Of a stretch of DNA of 46,889 nt, positions 19,084 through 27,742 are shown piece after piece. This stretch comes from a virus. Taxonomy: Duplodnaviria > Caudoviricetes. Below the pieces are notes generated by a model that did not search any database, had not been told where the DNA came from, and worked only from the letters and a program-made list of their open reading frames with translations. The stretch is from positions 1 to 46,889 of the IMG/VR virus record IMGVR_UViG_3300037125_000004. One strand, given 5' to 3'. A program made the position numbers and the translations under genes. How positions within the stretch are numbered: the stretch's first letter is position 1; every line of letters starts with the position of its first letter.

Positions 19084-19214
19084 GGCAGGGTGGCAGAGCG
19101 GGGAATTGCTGAGGTGCCGGGCGGTGATAATGAGGCGGGTTCCGGTTCGATACGTGGAGGCCACAGAATGAGTGCAAGGCTCACAAATTGCGGGTTCAAA
19201 TCCTGCCCCTGTCA
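19084..19214 (+). ncRNA. tRNA-like RNA with ~65-nt insertion replacing the anticodon loop
   Basis: Acceptor GGCAGGG/CCCTGTC, D-arm GCA-GAGCGGGGAAT-TGC, stem TGAG/CTCA, T-arm GCGGG-TTCAAAT-CCTGC. Confidence 0.65.
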
Positions 19215-19760
19215 CAAAACGCTCGATGCTCTCTCCTCCTTTCAACGCTGGTCACGAGAGAGACCTTGCGGAAGGATTGATACTTCGGGCGATAGCATCA
19301 GCCGCATGATGAAAGCGAAGCAGCCGGGGTATTGCGGATATCCCCGGCCCATGGTGAGCAACCCAATAACGGGTGCCAATAAACACTAGACAGGGACAAC
19401 CGTATTGTTCCTCGACACGCATAGTTAAGCGGTCGAAATTAGCACAAGGCCCCCGGAGGATGCGGGAGAGCGGGGGCGCACATGGGCAGAACGTAAAGAG
19501 GCGTTTTTCTGGTTCGATTCCGGTACTGCCTACCACAAGGCCGGTTCAATTCCGGATCGTTCACCGAGGGCATGGAGCGACGGGAGCGGGGTTCGATTCC
19601 CCGGGTGCAAGTAGCAAGGACAATAATCCTTGTGGGGCTCTGGGAGACAAATGGTGCGGGCGGCCCGCCCGAGAAAGCACGGCGAAATCCGATGCAGGGG
19701 CAATTTACCGGGCACGTCCAAAGTGGCGGTCCGGTAGCGATCAACTTCTACGGAGGATTA
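19215..19760 (+). ncRNA. GC-rich, hairpin-dense probable non-coding RNA region with further T-arm modules
   Basis: Many stems; T-loops at 19511, 19543 and 19590; no credible ORF or RBS. Confidence 0.55.
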
Positions 19761-19781
19761 TATAGGGGAGGGACAAGCAGT

Positions 19782-20552
19782 ATGAAGATCAAAGAAGAAA
19801 TTTTGGCAATATTGGCAGAGTGTAGGGTTGATGGAAACATCCTTTATTTGCCGCCAGATCAACTTGATAGAAACGTTTACATGAATGTAAACAAATGCAT
19901 TGAAAGCATTGGTGGCAAGTGGAACCGAAAATCAAAAGGACACGTGTTTGACTACGACCCAACGGATGCTTTGGAAAATCTTATTTTTACTGGCGAAACG
20001 GAAGATATGAAAAAAGCATTTCAGTTTTTCCCCACACCACGTCCCGTTGCTGAGAAGGTTTGCGAAATGGCAAAGCTTGATGGTGCTAATAATATCCTTG
20101 AGCCGTCCTGTGGAAAAGGTGATTTGGCCGATGTCATATACGAACAAAACCAGAATCTTATTTGCATTGAAATGAACAATGAAATGAAAAAATATTTAGG
20201 CGATAAGCCATATACATGCATGGTAGGAAATGATTTTCTTGAATATAAGCCGGGCGAAGTTATGGAATTTGACCGCATAGTAATGAACCCGCCGTTCAGT
20301 AAACAACAGGACATAGACCACATTTATCACGCTTATGATCTGTTGGAAAGCGGTGGAATTTTAGTTTCGGTTATGAGCCCTTCACCGTTCTTTAGAACAA
20401 ATAAAAAGTCAGTGGATTTTCGTAACTGGCTAGAAAAATTAGGGACTGAAATTGTGGACGTTGCGCCGGGTGCATTTAAAGAAAGCGGGACGCAAATTGC
20501 CACAAAAATAATTAAAGTCATAAAGCCATTATTGGGTGACATGGCATTATGA
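19782..20552 (+). CDS. DNA amino-methyltransferase (N6-adenine type)
   Basis: QFFPTP, ILEPSCGKG and VMNPPF motifs; RBS GGGGAGG before ATG 19782. Confidence 0.88.
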   Translation: MKIKEEILAILAECRVDGNILYLPPDQLDRNVYMNVNKCIESIGGKWNRKSKGHVFDYDPTDALENLIFTGETEDMKKAFQFFPTPRPVAEKVCEMAKLDGANNILEPSCGKGDLADVIYEQNQNLICIEMNNEMKKYLGDKPYTCMVGNDFLEYKPGEVMEFDRIVMNPPFSKQQDIDHIYHAYDLLESGGILVSVMSPSPFFRTNKKSVDFRNWLEKLGTEIVDVAPGAFKESGTQIATKIIKVIKPLLGDMAL

Positions 20553-20652
20553 TCCGCATACTACGCTCTGATCGTACCCGGATATGGTGCAACATACTAA
20601 TTGTTATTTCTATAGGTGTCTTGGTATGGCAAATAGTTGGGAGATAAAAGGA

Positions 20653-20808
20653 ATGGCAAAAAAGCTGGATAAGAGCAAAAAATCAAATATTAAATGTGAA
20701 CATTGTAAATATTGGAATAGCGCGCATAATTGCGAATTATCTGGAGCGCATAAATGGTACTATCAACGATGCAAAGATTTTGCGTGGCACAAGAAATACG
20801 ACGATTAG
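20653..20808 (+). CDS. Small Cys-rich protein
   Basis: CEHCKYW...C...C. Confidence 0.5.
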   Translation: MAKKLDKSKKSNIKCEHCKYWNSAHNCELSGAHKWYYQRCKDFAWHKKYDD

Positions 20809-20819
20809 GAGGTAAGACC

Positions 20820-20945
20820 ATGGTGGTACGTACATGCCCTGAATGCGGGGAAGAGAACTATTCATCCGACGATCTGAACGCATGGAAATGTTGTGTATGT
20901 GGTGCAGAGATTCCGGTTCCGGAAGTTGAGGAAGTGGCGAAATAA
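20820..20945 (+). CDS. Zinc-ribbon peptide
   Basis: RBS AGGAGG; CPECG...CCVCG. Confidence 0.6.
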   Translation: MVVRTCPECGEENYSSDDLNAWKCCVCGAEIPVPEVEEVAK

Positions 20946-21121
20946 TGGAATACAACAAATATGAACAATGGTGCGAAGAAAACAATTTGCCAGTCATGGA
21001 TAGAGAAGAACATGAGGCAGAAATGTTTAATCGCGGTATGCATGAAGAAATGGAGAAGCTTTTTGATATAGGGTCTTTTATGGGCGAACCAAAGCGCAAG
21101 GAAAGCGAGAGGGAATTATGA
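20945..21121 (+). CDS. Hypothetical protein (MEYNKYEQW...)
   Basis: TAATG coupling; translated manually, 58 aa. Confidence 0.5.
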   Translation: MEYNKYEQWCEENNLPVMDREEHEAEMFNRGMHEEMEKLFDIGSFMGEPKRKESEREL

Positions 21122-21261
21122 AAAATGAATTATTGAATACAACCATGCGTTTGATTGCTTTGATTGGTTTTACTTTTTGTGCATTATTTTTGCATTTATT
21201 ATATTGCTGAAACTTGTAATTTTCTAAAGGAGCAGCAGGACAACCCTTTACCCCCTACACT

Positions 21262-21293
21262 GGCCCCGTTCATTACGGGCGGGGCCGCTTTTT
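21262..21293 (+). terminator. Intrinsic terminator in the early operon
   Basis: GGCCCCGT...GCGGGGCC stem followed by GCTTTTT. Confidence 0.65.
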
Positions 21294-21307
21294 AGAAAGG
21301 ATAGAGC

Positions 21308-21532
21308 ATGGAAAAACCAACTATTGATATCGCCGCAGGTAAAGAAGTTATTTTAACGGACGATGAAAAAGACACAGTATGTTATGTGACATATGCAGTA
21401 TACGGTACACCGCGAGAAATTAGAGAGATTGAAGAATTTTTTATTGATCGTGGATATAATTACGCGGCGATTCCAGCGCCTACAGAAGAGAAGGAGGATC
21501 ACAATGGGTTTACCAGTGCTATTGATTGGTAA
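21308..21532 (+). CDS. Hypothetical protein
   Basis: RBS AAAGGA; acidic 74 aa. Confidence 0.5.
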   Translation: MEKPTIDIAAGKEVILTDDEKDTVCYVTYAVYGTPREIREIEEFFIDRGYNYAAIPAPTEEKEDHNGFTSAIDW

Positions 21533-22133
21533 AAGTGGGAGCGGAAAATCTGCCAGCTTGCGGAATTTTGCGGAAGGTACAGGCGTGATAAACGTCCTGG
21601 GTAAACCGCTTCCTTTTAAGGGAAAAATACCTATTAAGGTAACGGATGATTACAACGAGATTAAACAGCTTCTTTATTCATCGAAATCATTAACGCTAGT
21701 TATTGACGATGCCGGATACCTTATGACAAATGCATTTATGAGGGGGCATGCAAAGACTGGGGCTGGAAATGCTATCTTTTCATTTTACAACGACTTGGGG
21801 GATCAATTTTGGGGATTGATTAGATTTGTGGTTGACCAACTCCCAGTTGAAAAGATTGTGTACTTTATCATGCATGAGGACAAAAACGATTTCGGGGACG
21901 TGAAACCCAAGACTATAGGCAAGATGTTGGATGAAAAAGTATGCATTGAGGGTATGTTTACTATTGTTTTGCGGTCTGTTTTTTCTGACGGCAAATACAA
22001 ATTCAAAACACAGTCAGACGGGCTCGATATAGCGAAAAGTCCTATGGACATGTTCCCGCAAGAGATCGAAAACGATTTAAAGATGGTCGATGATTCCATA
22101 CGTGAATATTACAATTTTGGAGGTAAAGAATGA
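21504..22133 (+). CDS. Sak4-like AAA ATPase single-strand annealing recombinase
   Basis: GKSGSGKS Walker A, LVIDDAGY, KTIGKMLD; followed by a DUF669-like SSB. Confidence 0.85.
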   Translation: MGLPVLLIGKSGSGKSASLRNFAEGTGVINVLGKPLPFKGKIPIKVTDDYNEIKQLLYSSKSLTLVIDDAGYLMTNAFMRGHAKTGAGNAIFSFYNDLGDQFWGLIRFVVDQLPVEKIVYFIMHEDKNDFGDVKPKTIGKMLDEKVCIEGMFTIVLRSVFSDGKYKFKTQSDGLDIAKSPMDMFPQEIENDLKMVDDSIREYYNFGGKE

Positions 22134-22690
22134 TTAAAAAACCGCAAGGATACGAAGAAGCACCGGCATTTACTGGCGAATATGAATCACTTCCGGCAGA
22201 TGGGTATGTATGCAGAATAGTCAATGTAAAAGAGGACAAGTCAAGCACAGGAAAGCCAATGCTTAAATTGGCCCTTGATATTCATGAGGGAGCCTACAAG
22301 GATTTTTTCAAGAAGCGTTTTGAGAAGGATACCCGCGACGAAAAGAAATGGGGCTGCACCTACTATCAAATGCTTACTAACGAATCGGCAGGATTCTTGA
22401 AGGGGCTTATTGAGGATATCGAAAAGAGCAATTCTTTTACGTGGGATTGGGACGAAAACAAACTCAAAGGCAAGCTGGTCGGGATGATCTTTCAGCGAGA
22501 AGAATACGAGCGGTCAAACGGCGAGATAGGATGGTTTACAAAGCCAGTAAGTCCCCGGTCTATACAAACCATCCGAGAAGGTGACTTCAAAGTCCCGGAG
22601 GACAAGCCCCTTATTCCTGTCAACAACACGTACACGCCCCCGAAAGACTTTGAACCGATTGAGGGCGAGGACGAAGATTTACCGTTTTAA
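22130..22690 (+). CDS. DUF669-like single-stranded DNA-binding protein
   Basis: LPADGYVCRI, acidic DEDLPF tail. Confidence 0.8.
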   Translation: MIKKPQGYEEAPAFTGEYESLPADGYVCRIVNVKEDKSSTGKPMLKLALDIHEGAYKDFFKKRFEKDTRDEKKWGCTYYQMLTNESAGFLKGLIEDIEKSNSFTWDWDENKLKGKLVGMIFQREEYERSNGEIGWFTKPVSPRSIQTIREGDFKVPEDKPLIPVNNTYTPPKDFEPIEGEDEDLPF

Positions 22691-22968
22691 TGATAAATCA
22701 AGATTGGGAGCCATGCTTTTTTTGCAAACAACCATCAGAGCCACCGCATCATGCGTTTCAAGGCAACGGCAGACGGAAATTATGCGATAAATACGGGCTA
22801 ATATATCATCTTTGTTCAAGATGCCACAGGACAGGTCCGGACAATGTAACGGATCATCCGTTTGGAGTTAAGGACATGATTATAAAAAAGGATGCGCAAA
22901 AGAAGTTTGAAAGGGATCATGGTTCCCGTGATGATTTTATCAGGATATTTGGGAGGAACTACTTATGA
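22690..22968 (+). CDS. HNH-like zinc-binding nuclease
   Basis: CFFC...HHAF...LCSRCH. Confidence 0.65.
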   Translation: MINQDWEPCFFCKQPSEPPHHAFQGNGRRKLCDKYGLIYHLCSRCHRTGPDNVTDHPFGVKDMIIKKDAQKKFERDHGSRDDFIRIFGRNYL

Positions 22969-23306
22969 GTGAGAGCGGACAGGATTTATTTCTTGAATTG
23001 CGGGACAAACAACAACAATTAGAGGTGGCCCTAAGCGAATTAGGCAAGCGTGGCAAGGCGAGAGCGAAAGCAGAAAAAACATACAGACAGGCACTAAGAA
23101 AAGAAATACTGATAGAGCGAGATAAGGGGACGCCAGTAACCATTGTGTCTGATATATGCCGTGGAAGTAGAGGAATATCAGAATTAAGATTTGAGCGTGA
23201 TGTTGCGGATGTCGTGTATTCGTCTGCTAAAGATGCTATCCAAATATATAAGCTTGTGATGAAGATATTGAATGAGCAAATTGGACGGGAGTGGAATAGA
23301 CCATGA
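22965..23306 (+). CDS. Helical hypothetical protein of recombination module
   Basis: ATGA coupling; coiled-coil composition. Confidence 0.55.
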   Translation: MSESGQDLFLELRDKQQQLEVALSELGKRGKARAKAEKTYRQALRKEILIERDKGTPVTIVSDICRGSRGISELRFERDVADVVYSSAKDAIQIYKLVMKILNEQIGREWNRP

Positions 23307-23938
23307 CTTATAAAGGCTTTCTCCGTCTCACTATAGCCCTAATTATATTCACATATATCCTGGCTATATTCTTTGTAGCCACGGCAGACGGTGCAGACCT
23401 TATATCCCAGGTGGTCTATGAAGAATCAAGAGGAGAACCATTTATCGGTCAGGTGGCAGTAGCAGAGGTCATTTTGAACCGCGTATCTGCCCCGTATTGG
23501 TCCGACATAATCAAGGAGGTAATCTACCAATCGAATCAATTTGCGCTCCCACAGGGTAATTCTGATGCATCTACGGAGCAAGCAACAATGATAGCCGTGC
23601 AAGGCTCGGATATTGTACAGGGAGCGCAGTATTTTTTTAACCCGGACAAGTGTCAACCGGAATGGGCCGATGATCTGGAATACGTCTGTACCATCGGGAA
23701 CCATGCATTTTACCGCAGACCGGAGGAAGTCACGGACAGGGGATCATCAAGGGTGTTGTCTTTCGGATGCCGTGGGGAGGATGTGGAGGCTCTACAAGAG
23801 GCTTTAGGTATTGAGGCTGATGGGATATACGGACAAGAGACGTATGAGGCCATCAAAGCATTCCAGGAGGATTATGGGTTGGTTGTGGATGGAGTGGCTG
23901 GACCGCAGACGTTGAAGGAACTGGAGGCTACAATATGA
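23303..23938 (+). CDS. SleB-like cell-wall hydrolase (Hydrolase_2) with signal peptide and C-terminal PG-binding domain
   Basis: EESRGEPFIGQVAVAEVILNRV...QSNQF...YFFNP...IGNHAFY; DGIYGQET...DGVAGPQT. Confidence 0.9.
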   Translation: MTYKGFLRLTIALIIFTYILAIFFVATADGADLISQVVYEESRGEPFIGQVAVAEVILNRVSAPYWSDIIKEVIYQSNQFALPQGNSDASTEQATMIAVQGSDIVQGAQYFFNPDKCQPEWADDLEYVCTIGNHAFYRRPEEVTDRGSSRVLSFGCRGEDVEALQEALGIEADGIYGQETYEAIKAFQEDYGLVVDGVAGPQTLKELEATI

Positions 23939-24168
23939 AAAAGCCAATATCTTGTCCTTGTTGTGGTGGAAAAGTAACCGTTACAGAAACAGAATGGCAT
24001 ACAAATTATTATGGCGCAGGAATCTTTTGCAAGTGTGGACTGACTATGGAACACGATTGCAGGGGAAAGGGCCGGGCAAGGCGGCGCGTTATAGAAAAAT
24101 GGAATCGTCGTGATGGGGTGGATGGGATAGCGGGGACGGAAACTTTATCGCGTATTAAGGAGGTTTAA
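23935..24168 (+). CDS. Lar-like restriction-alleviation protein
   Basis: CPCCGG...CKCG...IEKWNRR. Confidence 0.65.
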   Translation: MKKPISCPCCGGKVTVTETEWHTNYYGAGIFCKCGLTMEHDCRGKGRARRRVIEKWNRRDGVDGIAGTETLSRIKEV

Positions 24169-24170
24169 TC

Positions 24171-24488
24171 ATGGCTATTGAGGTTGCTAAATGCAGGACA
24201 TGTACGTATCAAGGCCCCGGTGATATCTGCGAACATCCAGAGAGTGAGACGGGGAAACAGTGCGTTTGCAAGGGCGATAAATACAGAGAAAGAAAATGCT
24301 CAAATTGCGGGTACTGCTATCCATTTGGCGCTAAGAATATTTGCCATGTAACGCGAGGCGGCAGATATTTACCACCGAAAAAAGATCAAAAAACATGCAA
24401 GGATTGGGCGAAGAAAACTAAAAAACCATTGCACTTTAAATATCAAAATGAATCCATAGAGTGGAGGAAAGAGGGTGCAACATCATGA
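24171..24488 (+). CDS. Cys-rich hypothetical protein
   Basis: RBS AAGGAGG; multiple CxxC. Confidence 0.55.
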   Translation: MAIEVAKCRTCTYQGPGDICEHPESETGKQCVCKGDKYRERKCSNCGYCYPFGAKNICHVTRGGRYLPPKKDQKTCKDWAKKTKKPLHFKYQNESIEWRKEGATS

Positions 24489-24802
24489 CCAATACCCAAC
24501 AAAGAATACTAAACGCTATACCCTATGGACAGGACAATGCAATCACTAATAAATACCTTGCTTTTAAAACTGATTTATCAGCAAGGAAGGTACAGTCAGA
24601 GATTCAGCAAATGCGTTTAGACGGGAAGTTAATAGCATCTACAACACATCCTCCATACGGCTATTACATCCCCCTAGACGGAGAGGAAACAGATTCATAT
24701 ATAAACCAGTTAAGACATCGTGTTTCGGAACAGGTGAGGGTTTTAAAAAAGCAGGAGCACGCTGCATGTGGGGAGCAGATGGAAATGGGGGTTGGATTTT
24801 GA
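24485..24802 (+). CDS. Winged-HTH protein
   Basis: NAITNKYLAFKTDLSARKVQSEIQQMR...GYYIP. Confidence 0.65.
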   Translation: MTNTQQRILNAIPYGQDNAITNKYLAFKTDLSARKVQSEIQQMRLDGKLIASTTHPPYGYYIPLDGEETDSYINQLRHRVSEQVRVLKKQEHAACGEQMEMGVGF

Positions 24803-25464
24803 ACGAAAATAGCGACAAGATAATTCTTGACCTATGTGGTGGAACGGGCGCATGGTCAAAGCCGTATAAAGACGCTGGGTATGACGTGCGATTATTGACT
24901 TTACCGAAATGGGATGTAACTAGATGCGGTTTTAATGAATTTGATTTTGAAATATGGATGCCTGGAGGGGGTTTTTCTTGCGCGTACATTCCTTATGAGA
25001 AAATTTACGGAATTTTTGCCGCGCCGCCATGTACGGAGTTTAGTCGGGCCAAGGCAAACAATCCGCGAGACTTTGAGGCTGGCATGGAGGTTGTTTCTGC
25101 ATGTATGGAAATTATATGGGAATGCCGTATAAAAACAAAACTAAAGTTTTGGGCAATGGAAAACCCCGTTGGTTTTTTACGGCAGTTTCTTGGTAAGCCG
25201 GCATATACATTTCAGCACTGGCAATATGGGGAGCAACGCAGTAAGCCTACCGACGTTTGGGGTTATTTTAACGAGCCTAAACCTACCGTAAAAGAAAAGC
25301 CGGCAGACATGATGTATAAGTTTCCAAACGGGAGCTTGAACGCAAAGGATTGGAAACATCCGAAGTGTCCGGATGAATATAAGCACCTGAATTTAAAAAG
25401 GGCAGACATACGGGCGATCACACCGCCCGGATTTGCAAAAGCGTTTTTTAAAGTAAATAGATAG
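24799..25464 (+). CDS. C5-cytosine DNA methyltransferase-like protein
   Basis: LDLCGGTG, APPCTEFS and MENPVG motifs. Confidence 0.8.
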   Translation: MNENSDKIILDLCGGTGAWSKPYKDAGYDVRLLTLPKWDVTRCGFNEFDFEIWMPGGGFSCAYIPYEKIYGIFAAPPCTEFSRAKANNPRDFEAGMEVVSACMEIIWECRIKTKLKFWAMENPVGFLRQFLGKPAYTFQHWQYGEQRSKPTDVWGYFNEPKPTVKEKPADMMYKFPNGSLNAKDWKHPKCPDEYKHLNLKRADIRAITPPGFAKAFFKVNR

Positions 25465-25472
25465 GAGGCACT

Positions 25473-25697
25473 ATGAACCCTATACGAGAAGCCCTGAAAA
25501 AAGCCAGAATAATATTAAAAGAAACAGAGGAACTTGCTTTAGAAATGTACATCACATCAAAGGGTGACGAGAAAAAGCAATATGAGGATATTTTAAAATA
25601 CATTGCGCCTGTTCTCGTAGAAATTAATAAACCGGAGCCAATGGAAACGGGCACGATTAATAGTGATCCTTATGTAGAAAGCGAAGTTTGCAGATAG
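25473..25697 (+). CDS. Hypothetical protein
   Basis: RBS AGGAGG. Confidence 0.55.
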   Translation: MNPIREALKKARIILKETEELALEMYITSKGDEKKQYEDILKYIAPVLVEINKPEPMETGTINSDPYVESEVCR

Positions 25698-25707
25698 AGG
25701 GGAATAT

Positions 25708-26427
25708 ATGGCTGGCTGGATTAGCATATATAGATCAATTTGGAATAACTGGGTATGGCAAGAGAAACCATTTTCAAAAGGGCAAGCATGGGTAGACCTG
25801 CTTTTGTTGATGGGGCATGAGGACGGAAAGGTTGTTTTTAGACAAGAAGTTATCCCAGTTAAACGAGGGCAAAAAGTAACAAGCGAATTGAAGTTATCGG
25901 AAAGATGGGGCTGGAGCAGGAACAAGGTCAGGGCGTACCTAGAACGGCTAAAACAGGACAACATGATAGACATCAAAAAGGACAAGAGAAAAACCATTAT
26001 AACCATTGTAAATTATGACGATTACCAGGGAGAAAAAAAACGAAAGGTACAACAGAAAGTACAACAGATTGAACAACAGGAGGTACAACAGGAAGTACAA
26101 CAGTCGGACATAAACAATAAAGATAATAAGGATAATAAATATATTATATACGGTGAACTTGGAAACGTGAAATTGAAGGACGGTCAATATGAGAAGCTGG
26201 TGCAAGATCATGGACAAGTTGTGATAGATGATTTCATACAGAGAATCGATTACTACGTTGCATCAAAGGGAAGAAAGTACAAGGATTACTACGCTACCGT
26301 CAAGGCATGGATTCGGAGAGAAGAAAAAAAAGAAAAAGAAAAAGGACGGGGCAAGATGGGATTCGGCGACTTCACGCAGCGGGACTACTCCGAGAAAGAA
26401 CTCGAAGAACTGATTGATAACAAATAG
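25708..26427 (+). CDS. Replication initiator (replisome organiser)
   Basis: MAGWISIYRSI...ITIVNYDDYQ; C-terminal KYKDYYATVKAW and FTQRDYS; internal iterons. Confidence 0.85.
   Translation: MAGWISIYRSIWNNWVWQEKPFSKGQAWVDLLLLMGHEDGKVVFRQEVIPVKRGQKVTSELKLSERWGWSRNKVRAYLERLKQDNMIDIKKDKRKTIITIVNYDDYQGEKKRKVQQKVQQIEQQEVQQEVQQSDINNKDNKDNKYIIYGELGNVKLKDGQYEKLVQDHGQVVIDDFIQRIDYYVASKGRKYKDYYATVKAWIRREEKKEKEKGRGKMGFGDFTQRDYSEKELEELIDNK
26047..26150. repeat. Replication origin: five iterons G(T/A)ACAACAG at 12-nt period plus AT-rich tract
   Basis: Copies at 26047, 26059, 26071, 26083 and 26095. Confidence 0.75.
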
Positions 26428-26433
26428 GGGGAT

Positions 26434-26655
26434 ATGAAAATGGATGAAGTGCTTACAAACGGTGATCGGATACGGGCTATGAGCGACGATGAGCTGGCTA
26501 GAGAAATATTATTTTTTCGCCCCACAGATGCTGTGTTTAGAGATGGACCATTAGAAGGGTTGCCTTGCTACATGGGTCTTGGTGGAGATTATTACAAAAC
26601 GGCAGACGATGCTATACAAGCAAGCCTTGAACGGCTCCGCCAACCGGCAGAGTAG
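26434..26655 (+). CDS. Hypothetical protein
   Basis: TNGDRIRAMSDDELA motif common in phage early genes. Confidence 0.6.
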   Translation: MKMDEVLTNGDRIRAMSDDELAREILFFRPTDAVFRDGPLEGLPCYMGLGGDYYKTADDAIQASLERLRQPAE

Positions 26656-26671
26656 ATAGGGGGATATACAC

Positions 26672-27160
26672 ATGAAATTAGAACGCGGGATGTGGAGAGG
26701 GAAAGACAGGGTAACGGGTGAGTGGATAATCGGCTGGAAAGTTGTGCGAAATGCATCCACAAGACATTACAGTTTAACATGCATAGTAAGATACGAAGAA
26801 ACAGATGATATGTCGGACTGGTATTGGTACGAGGTTGACCCATCCACACTAGGGGAATGGACGGGAATGTATGACAAGAACGGAGAGCCGATATTTGAGG
26901 GGGATATTATCACTTTTCATCAGTTTCTTTTTGATGGATGTGAAATCGAGTCAATCCTAACGGCACTGGTTGAGTATGACGAAGAAGATGTTTGCTTTGC
27001 ACTAAAGCGTATTGAAAATGACTTTTATCAAGATTACACGGGGTATAGGCGTGGAGAAGGAAGCGCACCGATATGTTTTTTTTACGGACTTCACGAAGAA
27101 TCATTTACGAAAATGGGCAACAAATGGGACAATCCTGACCTATTGGGGGTGGAACTATGA
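26672..27160 (+). CDS. YopX-family protein
   Basis: GEWTGMYDKNGEPIFEGDII...GNKWDNPDLL. Confidence 0.85.
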   Translation: MKLERGMWRGKDRVTGEWIIGWKVVRNASTRHYSLTCIVRYEETDDMSDWYWYEVDPSTLGEWTGMYDKNGEPIFEGDIITFHQFLFDGCEIESILTALVEYDEEDVCFALKRIENDFYQDYTGYRRGEGSAPICFFYGLHEESFTKMGNKWDNPDLLGVEL

Positions 27161-27561
27161 ACAATATAAAAGAATGGATTGAAAAACTAAATAGTGGAAA
27201 ATATCAGGGAATCAATGAACGGGCAGACTTGCTCAATTATATTATAAACGCATTGCTTGAAGTGTTTGACCCTGACTTCCTTGCCGCTATGGTGGAGGCC
27301 GGACAGGAACGGGTGTTTATAATGCCACCCCATCCGGAAACGATGCCAGACGATCTTCTGATAAAACTTATTGATTATTTGAAGGGCCGTGCTGTGATGC
27401 CTTTCCCGTGCTACCGGTGCGAAAACGTTGGTAACGATACGCCTCGATGCGATAAGTATGCTGATTGTAAAAAATATAGATGCTGGGCGCGCGGACAAAA
27501 CCTAGACATTGATTCAACAGTTTCATTTACAACCGAGGCCGCGCTGAAAGGGGATAAATAG
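27157..27561 (+). CDS. Hypothetical protein
   Basis: ATGA coupling in early operon. Confidence 0.5.
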   Translation: MNNIKEWIEKLNSGKYQGINERADLLNYIINALLEVFDPDFLAAMVEAGQERVFIMPPHPETMPDDLLIKLIDYLKGRAVMPFPCYRCENVGNDTPRCDKYADCKKYRCWARGQNLDIDSTVSFTTEAALKGDK

Positions 27562-27563
27562 AT

Positions 27564-27740
27564 ATGAAATACATTCGAGAGACACCATGCGTATACAAAC
27601 ACACCTGCGGTTATGAAATCTGTATGCTTGATGAATGCCCTGAGTATATAGCTAAGAAACGTGGTATGCCTTGGTATGAAGATGATCCAGAACGATATCA
27701 CGAAATGGAAAAGATGCGTAAACAAGAAGAGGGGGAGTAG
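27564..27740 (+). CDS. Small Cys-containing hypothetical protein
   Basis: Translated manually (MKYIRETPC...), 58 aa, fills gap. Confidence 0.45.
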   Translation: MKYIRETPCVYKHTCGYEICMLDECPEYIAKKRGMPWYEDDPERYHEMEKMRKQEEGE

Positions 27741-27742
27741 AT

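Noticed and set aside
19069-19781. ORFs 19069, 19373, the reverse ORFs and the N-terminal extension of the methyltransferase from 19572
   Set aside because: No RBS and Arg/Gly/Ser/Pro-biased translations of GC-rich structured RNA; the real start is ATG 19782
26047-26103. CRISPR or mini-array
   Set aside because: 9-nt units with 3-nt spacers inside the initiator gene are iterons; no cas genes
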